Positions 57,541 to 64,000 of a DNA stretch of 64,000 nucleotides are shown here, one piece after another (position 1 is the first letter of the stretch; every line of letters starts with the position of its first letter). The notes below the pieces were generated by a model that saw only the letters and a program-made list of their open reading frames with translations, made no database searches and had not been told where the DNA came from. The position numbers and the translations under genes were made by a program. The DNA lies in contig OZ245006.1 in assembly GCA_965223545.1 (NCBI GenBank), positions 6,752,001-6,816,000 of the forward strand, read 5' to 3'. Source of the DNA: Planctomycetota bacterium (GTDB taxonomy: Bacteria; Planctomycetota; UBA1135; UBA2386).

Positions 57541-57610
57541 GCCCGGCATGCTACGGCGCGCGGGGTCCGGCGCCCTAGATGATGAGTCGGAGCCTGGCTC
57601 CGTACGTGCG

Positions 57611-60148
<2,538 letters not shown>

Positions 60149-60370
60149 GGTTCACTCCGGTACCTGCCGAGGCCTGTTCAGTCACCCTGGTGTAGATCGG
60201 CTGGATCCTCGCGATGATTTACCCGGATCCGAGGGGCTGGCAACTCGAGCTTCCCGCGAGATCGCGCCGCCATCGGCGCTCCGGGGCCACTTGCCGGGGG
60301 TGACCATCGGCCTTTGCAACGCGGATCTCAACACCTACTCGCCGGTCCGCGCGGCGCCCAGGGCCGGGGC

Positions 60371-61492
60371 TCAGGGTTGTCCCGCCGGGTCGCCCGCCGC
60401 GTCGCCCCCCGCGGGCTTCGAGTCGGGAGGATTGCCCGACAAGAAGCGGCGCATCAGCGCCGCGCGCTTCTCGTCGCGTTCGCCGGCTTCGAGTGGGCGT
60501 TCGCAGAGGCGCTGCAGGTGGGCGGGTTGGGACAACAAGAGCGCGGCGTTCAGGGCGGCGAGCGACGGCGCGGGCAGGATCCCCTGTTGTACGCCGAACC
60601 GCACCGCAGACAGGCAGCTCAGCGCCTCGTCGGTGGTCAGCACGCGCGCGTTTTGCAGCGTGCCCAGCGCGCGGAAGACCCGGTCGAGGGTGCGCAGGCG
60701 CGGCTCGCCGCGCAGCAGCGCCTCGCGCACGCGGCGCTCCCAGCGGACCAGTGCTTCGACCGCTTGCCGGACGTCGCGCGCGATCTGCTGCTCGGCGCGG
60801 CCGAGGGTGATCTGGTTGCTGACCTGGTAGAAGTCGCCCGAAGCCCGGCTGCCCTCGCCGTAGAGGCCGCGGACGGCCATGTTGGTCTTCTGCGCGGCGG
60901 TCGTCGCCTTCTCGATCTCGTCGGCCCACACCAGGCCGGGCAGGTGCAGCATCACCGACACGCGCAGACCGGTGCCGGTGTTGGTGGGGCACGAGGTCAA
61001 GAAGCCGAACTCGTCCGAGAACGCGATCGGCACGCGCTCGATCAGCGACTGGTCGAGCTGCTCGGCCCGGGCGAACGCCGCGTCGATGCTGTGCCCCGAC
61101 CGGAACACCTGGGCGCGGATGTGGTCCTCCTCGTTGACCATCACCGACACGCTCTCGTCGGTGTTGACCGCGACCGCGCGCGGCCGCTCGGCCTCGGCGA
61201 ACTCGCGGCTGATCAGGTGCCGCTCGAGCAGCAGGCGGCGCTGCAGGCGGTCCATCTGGTCGAGGTCGAGGAAGTCGAGCGCCTCTGGCAGCCCGGTGGC
61301 CAAGCTATTCCGCACGAACGCCACCAGCTTGCCGGCCTCGTCGTTGGGCAGGCACGGCGCAAACCGGTAGCCGTCGACGTTGCGCGCGAAGCGGATCCGC
61401 GTGCAGACCGCGATGTCCGCCTCGGGGCCATCGGCCTTGAGCCACTCACCGACGTTGTAGTCGGCCGGCAGCGGCAGCTCGCCGTCGCTCAC
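60371..61492 (-). CDS. mcsB: Protein arginine kinase McsB
   Basis: TRIRFARN, ERHLIS, NEEDH, LTSCPTNTGTGLR, VRGLYGEG, QVSNQITLG. GTGA overlap with mcsA. Confidence 0.95.
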   Translation of the reverse strand: MSDGELPLPADYNVGEWLKADGPEADIAVCTRIRFARNVDGYRFAPCLPNDEAGKLVAFVRNSLATGLPEALDFLDLDQMDRLQRRLLLERHLISREFAEAERPRAVAVNTDESVSVMVNEEDHIRAQVFRSGHSIDAAFARAEQLDQSLIERVPIAFSDEFGFLTSCPTNTGTGLRVSVMLHLPGLVWADEIEKATTAAQKTNMAVRGLYGEGSRASGDFYQVSNQITLGRAEQQIARDVRQAVEALVRWERRVREALLRGEPRLRTLDRVFRALGTLQNARVLTTDEALSCLSAVRFGVQQGILPAPSLAALNAALLLSQPAHLQRLCERPLEAGERDEKRAALMRRFLSGNPPDSKPAGGDAAGDPAGQP

Positions 61493-62088
61493 GATGCCCC
61501 TTCCGCGGCGCCGCCGCTGTCGGCCTCCAGGGCGCGGATGCGGTCGCGCAGCTCGGCTGCGCGCTCGTAGGCCTCCTCGGCGACGGCGGCGTCGAGTGCG
61601 CTGTGCAGCTGCTCGAGCTCGGCGCGGGGCGGCGTGCCGGCGTCGTGCTCGTCCCCCGGGCGCCCTTCGGCGTCGGGATCGATCAGCGGCAGTGTCGACT
61701 CGGACGGGTGCCGCCGCGGTGCCGTCGTCGCGAAGCGGCCGCGGTGGCTGGTGGCATCGTGGACCCGCTCGAGCAGGGGGATCAGCTCGACCTTGAAGGT
61801 GTCGTAGCAGCGCGGGCAGCCGGTGCGGCCGCGCACCATGAACTCGGACGAGGACAGGTCGCAGCCGGGACACGTCTTGTGGTCATCGCCCTGGCTGGCC
61901 TTCTGGTTGCCGATCAGATCGAGCATCTCCATCTGGTGCAGCTTGAGCGGCAGTGGACTGCCGGTGCCCATGCCGCTGCCCTCGGCGCACGCCGCGCACA
62001 GATGTCGCTGGTCGACGACCTCGTCATCCTTGATCTCCAGGATGTGGATCGTCGCGTACGTCTTCTTGCAAGAGGAGCAGTACTGCAT
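61489..62088 (-). CDS. mcsA: Protein arginine kinase activator McsA
   Basis: Four CxxC motifs (CSSC, CAAC, CPGC, CPRC), C-terminal UVR EEAYERAAELRDRI. Confidence 0.93.
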   Translation of the reverse strand: MQYCSSCKKTYATIHILEIKDDEVVDQRHLCAACAEGSGMGTGSPLPLKLHQMEMLDLIGNQKASQGDDHKTCPGCDLSSSEFMVRGRTGCPRCYDTFKVELIPLLERVHDATSHRGRFATTAPRRHPSESTLPLIDPDAEGRPGDEHDAGTPPRAELEQLHSALDAAVAEEAYERAAELRDRIRALEADSGGAAEGAS

Positions 62089-62144
62089 GGCGCGACTCGC
62101 TGCCGGCACGCCGCCGCGCCTTGAGGGGTGCGCGGCGGCGGTCG

Positions 62145-63542
62145 TCAGCGCAGTGTAGCCCGTGGCGGCGCCACACCAAAGGGGGCGGTGGTCGCGGCGT
62201 TGTCCGTTTGTCGCTGCAGCCAGTGGTGGAGTGCCCTGGCGCGGGCGCGGAAGTTGGGATACTGGTCGAACGAGGCGAACGCCGGGCTGAACAGCACCCG
62301 GTCGCCCGGCCGGGCGCAGCGCAGGGCGCGCGCCACCGCTTGCTCGAGGCGCTCATCGCAGCTGACGCCGGGGTCGGCGGCGGTGGCGGCGCGCAATGCC
62401 GCCGCCGCCGCGCCGAACAGGTGGGCGCTCTCGACCAGCGGTCGCAGGGCGGCGAGCGTGGCGGCGGGGTCGCCCGCCTTGTCGACGCCGCCGCCGACCC
62501 AGCGCACCGCGCCGCCGAGCGCGCGCACCGCGCCGAGGGTCGATTGCAGCTCGGTGGACACGCCGTTGTCGAACACCGCGACGCCGCCGATCAACGCCAC
62601 CTGCTGCAGGCGGTGCGGCAGCGGCGGCTGCTGCGCGAGGGCGAGCGCCGCGCGTTGCGGGCCGATGCCCAGCAGCGCGATGGCGGCAGCGGCGGCGAGG
62701 GCGTTCTCGACGTGGAAGGCGCCGACCAGGCGCAGCGCGTCGCGGTGCAGCCAGCGTTGCTCTGCGCCGAAGCGCGTCACGAGCCAGCCATCGACCACAC
62801 CGGCTTCGCCGTCGGCCGGCGGGCCGTCGCGGTACGCCGCGCGCCGGCGGGCCGGCGAGGGGAAGGCGACGGCCACCGGGTCGTCGGCGGGGTGCACCAG
62901 GACGGCGCGGGCCGCTGCCGCGGCGCGCGCCTTGGCGGCGTGGTAGGCGACCAGCGAACCGTGCCAATCGAGGTGGTCGCGGCCGATGCGGGTCAGCACC
63001 GCCGCTTCTACGGCGCGTTCTGACGCCAGCCGTTGGAGTTGGAACGAGGATGCCTCGACGACGGCGACGCAGCTGCTCGACCAGCGCCCGCGCAGCGCGA
63101 ACAGGCTCTGCCCGATGTTGCCGCCGAGGATCACCGGCAGACCGCCGCGCCGCAGCGCTGCCGCCAGCAGCGTGGCGGTGGTGGACTTGCCGTTGGTGCC
63201 GGTGACCAGCACGACGCGACCGGGGAACGCTTCGAGCGCGAGGTCGAGCTCCTGCGTGCGCGGCAGGTCGCGCGCGGCTGCGGCGCGCAGCAGCGGGTGG
63301 TCGTCGCGGATCGCGGGGTTGATCACCAGTCGGTCGACGCCGTCGAGGAGCCGCTGGTCCTCCCGTCCCAGGCACAGCTCCAGGTCGCGGTGGTCGCCCA
63401 GTGCTGCGACGCTGTCGCGCAGCTGCGCGGCGGGTGCCCGGTCGGCGACCCGGACGCGTTCGCCTGCGCGAAGCAGCGCGCGGCAGGCCTCGAGGCCGCC
63501 GCCGAAGCGACCGAGCCCGAGGACCAGGTTGTGTCGGGTCAC
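62145..63542 (-). CDS. murD: UDP-N-acetylmuramoyl-L-alanine--D-glutamate ligase
   Basis: GLGRFGGG, TGTNGKST, GGNIG, EASSFQL, DHLDWH, HRLQ, GGVDK, SPAFASFDQY. Confidence 0.9.
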   Translation of the reverse strand: MTRHNLVLGLGRFGGGLEACRALLRAGERVRVADRAPAAQLRDSVAALGDHRDLELCLGREDQRLLDGVDRLVINPAIRDDHPLLRAAAARDLPRTQELDLALEAFPGRVVLVTGTNGKSTTATLLAAALRRGGLPVILGGNIGQSLFALRGRWSSSCVAVVEASSFQLQRLASERAVEAAVLTRIGRDHLDWHGSLVAYHAAKARAAAAARAVLVHPADDPVAVAFPSPARRRAAYRDGPPADGEAGVVDGWLVTRFGAEQRWLHRDALRLVGAFHVENALAAAAAIALLGIGPQRAALALAQQPPLPHRLQQVALIGGVAVFDNGVSTELQSTLGAVRALGGAVRWVGGGVDKAGDPAATLAALRPLVESAHLFGAAAAALRAATAADPGVSCDERLEQAVARALRCARPGDRVLFSPAFASFDQYPNFRARARALHHWLQRQTDNAATTAPFGVAPPRATLR

Positions 63543-64000
63543 CGCTGCAGCCGCAGCGCGCGGGCGCGGTCGACCAAGGCCTGCCGTCCTCCGGCTGCGC
63601 CGGGCTGCGTGCCGAGCGGCTCTTCCGGATAGGTGGTTGGCGCGAGGGTGGTGCGCACGTCGAGTTCGCCGGTCAGCCGCTGCCACGACTCGGCCAGCAG
63701 GTCGAGCGGGAACAGCCAGCCCGGCGCTGGCGGTGCGGCGCGCACCTGGGCGCGGTCCGCGCGCGGCAATGGGGCGCCGTCGCGGGGAGCCGGCGCCGCC
63801 TCGACCGCGACGGTGCCGTAGTAGGGCAGGGGCAGCGTGGCGTCCCCGTGTCCGCGCAGCTCGCCGTCCACGTAGATCGCGCCGGCGGCATCCGTGGAAG
63901 TGACGTGCAGGGTCGGGGTCGCGCAGGCGGCGAGCACCGCGCAGCACGAGATGCAGGCGAGGAGAACCCGGGCGCGCGAGGGCGCTGGGGTTGGCGGAGA
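63539..64000 (-). CDS. Small lipoprotein with PEGA-like domain (5' partial)
   Basis: Frame is open to the window edge. Lipobox VLAAC, VTSTDAAGAIYVDG, WLFPLDL. GTGA overlap with murD. Confidence 0.65.
   Translation of the reverse strand, partial: SPPTPAPSRARVLLACISCCAVLAACATPTLHVTSTDAAGAIYVDGELRGHGDATLPLPYYGTVAVEAAPAPRDGAPLPRADRAQVRAAPPAPGWLFPLDLLAESWQRLTGELDVRTTLAPTTYPEEPLGTQPGAAGGRQALVDRARALRLQR

Noticed and set aside
60149..60370. CtsR box, CIRCE element or riboswitch upstream of clpC
   Set aside because: No GGTCAAA direct repeat or TTAGCACTC-N9-GAGTGCTAA, and no recognisable aptamer.

Overview
This is a very GC-rich bacterial window with about 46 supportable CDS. It is almost certainly from a planctomycete, inferred from two DUF1549/DUF1553 + DUF1501 modules and planctomycete-type cytochrome c and ECF sigma genes. 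I saw no tRNA, rRNA, CRISPR array or transposase. From left to right the window holds: a partial membrane HEAT protein; a MacAB/LolCDE-like ABC exporter; an APH-kinase/M23/class-III aminotransferase fusion coupled to a GT-C membrane protein; two tandem ECF sigma + single-pass LRR 'receptor' pairs; BNR/sortilin propellers; two convergent cytochrome c/DUF1501 modules around an FG-GAP protein; a BlaI/M56 module with a triple operator and a 40-aa-repeat periplasmic protein; an orphan histidine kinase; an RlmN-family radical SAM gene; a patatin-ferredoxin/DUF72/GT2/rfbF/rfbC/SDR/lhgO run divergent from a B12-radical SAM gene; and murD-mcsA-mcsB-clpC. Best novelty candidates: (1) LRR anti-sigma receptors, (2) an ~100-aa C-terminal domain shared by four unrelated exported proteins (candidate sorting signal), (3) the patatin-ferredoxin fusion with an Asp-substituted cluster motif, (4) the BlaI/M56/coiled-coil module, and (5) a HEAT protein carrying a secretin-like segment. 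All family calls come from motif recognition by eye, with no database search. Many start codons were re-picked from the ORF track and are approximate.
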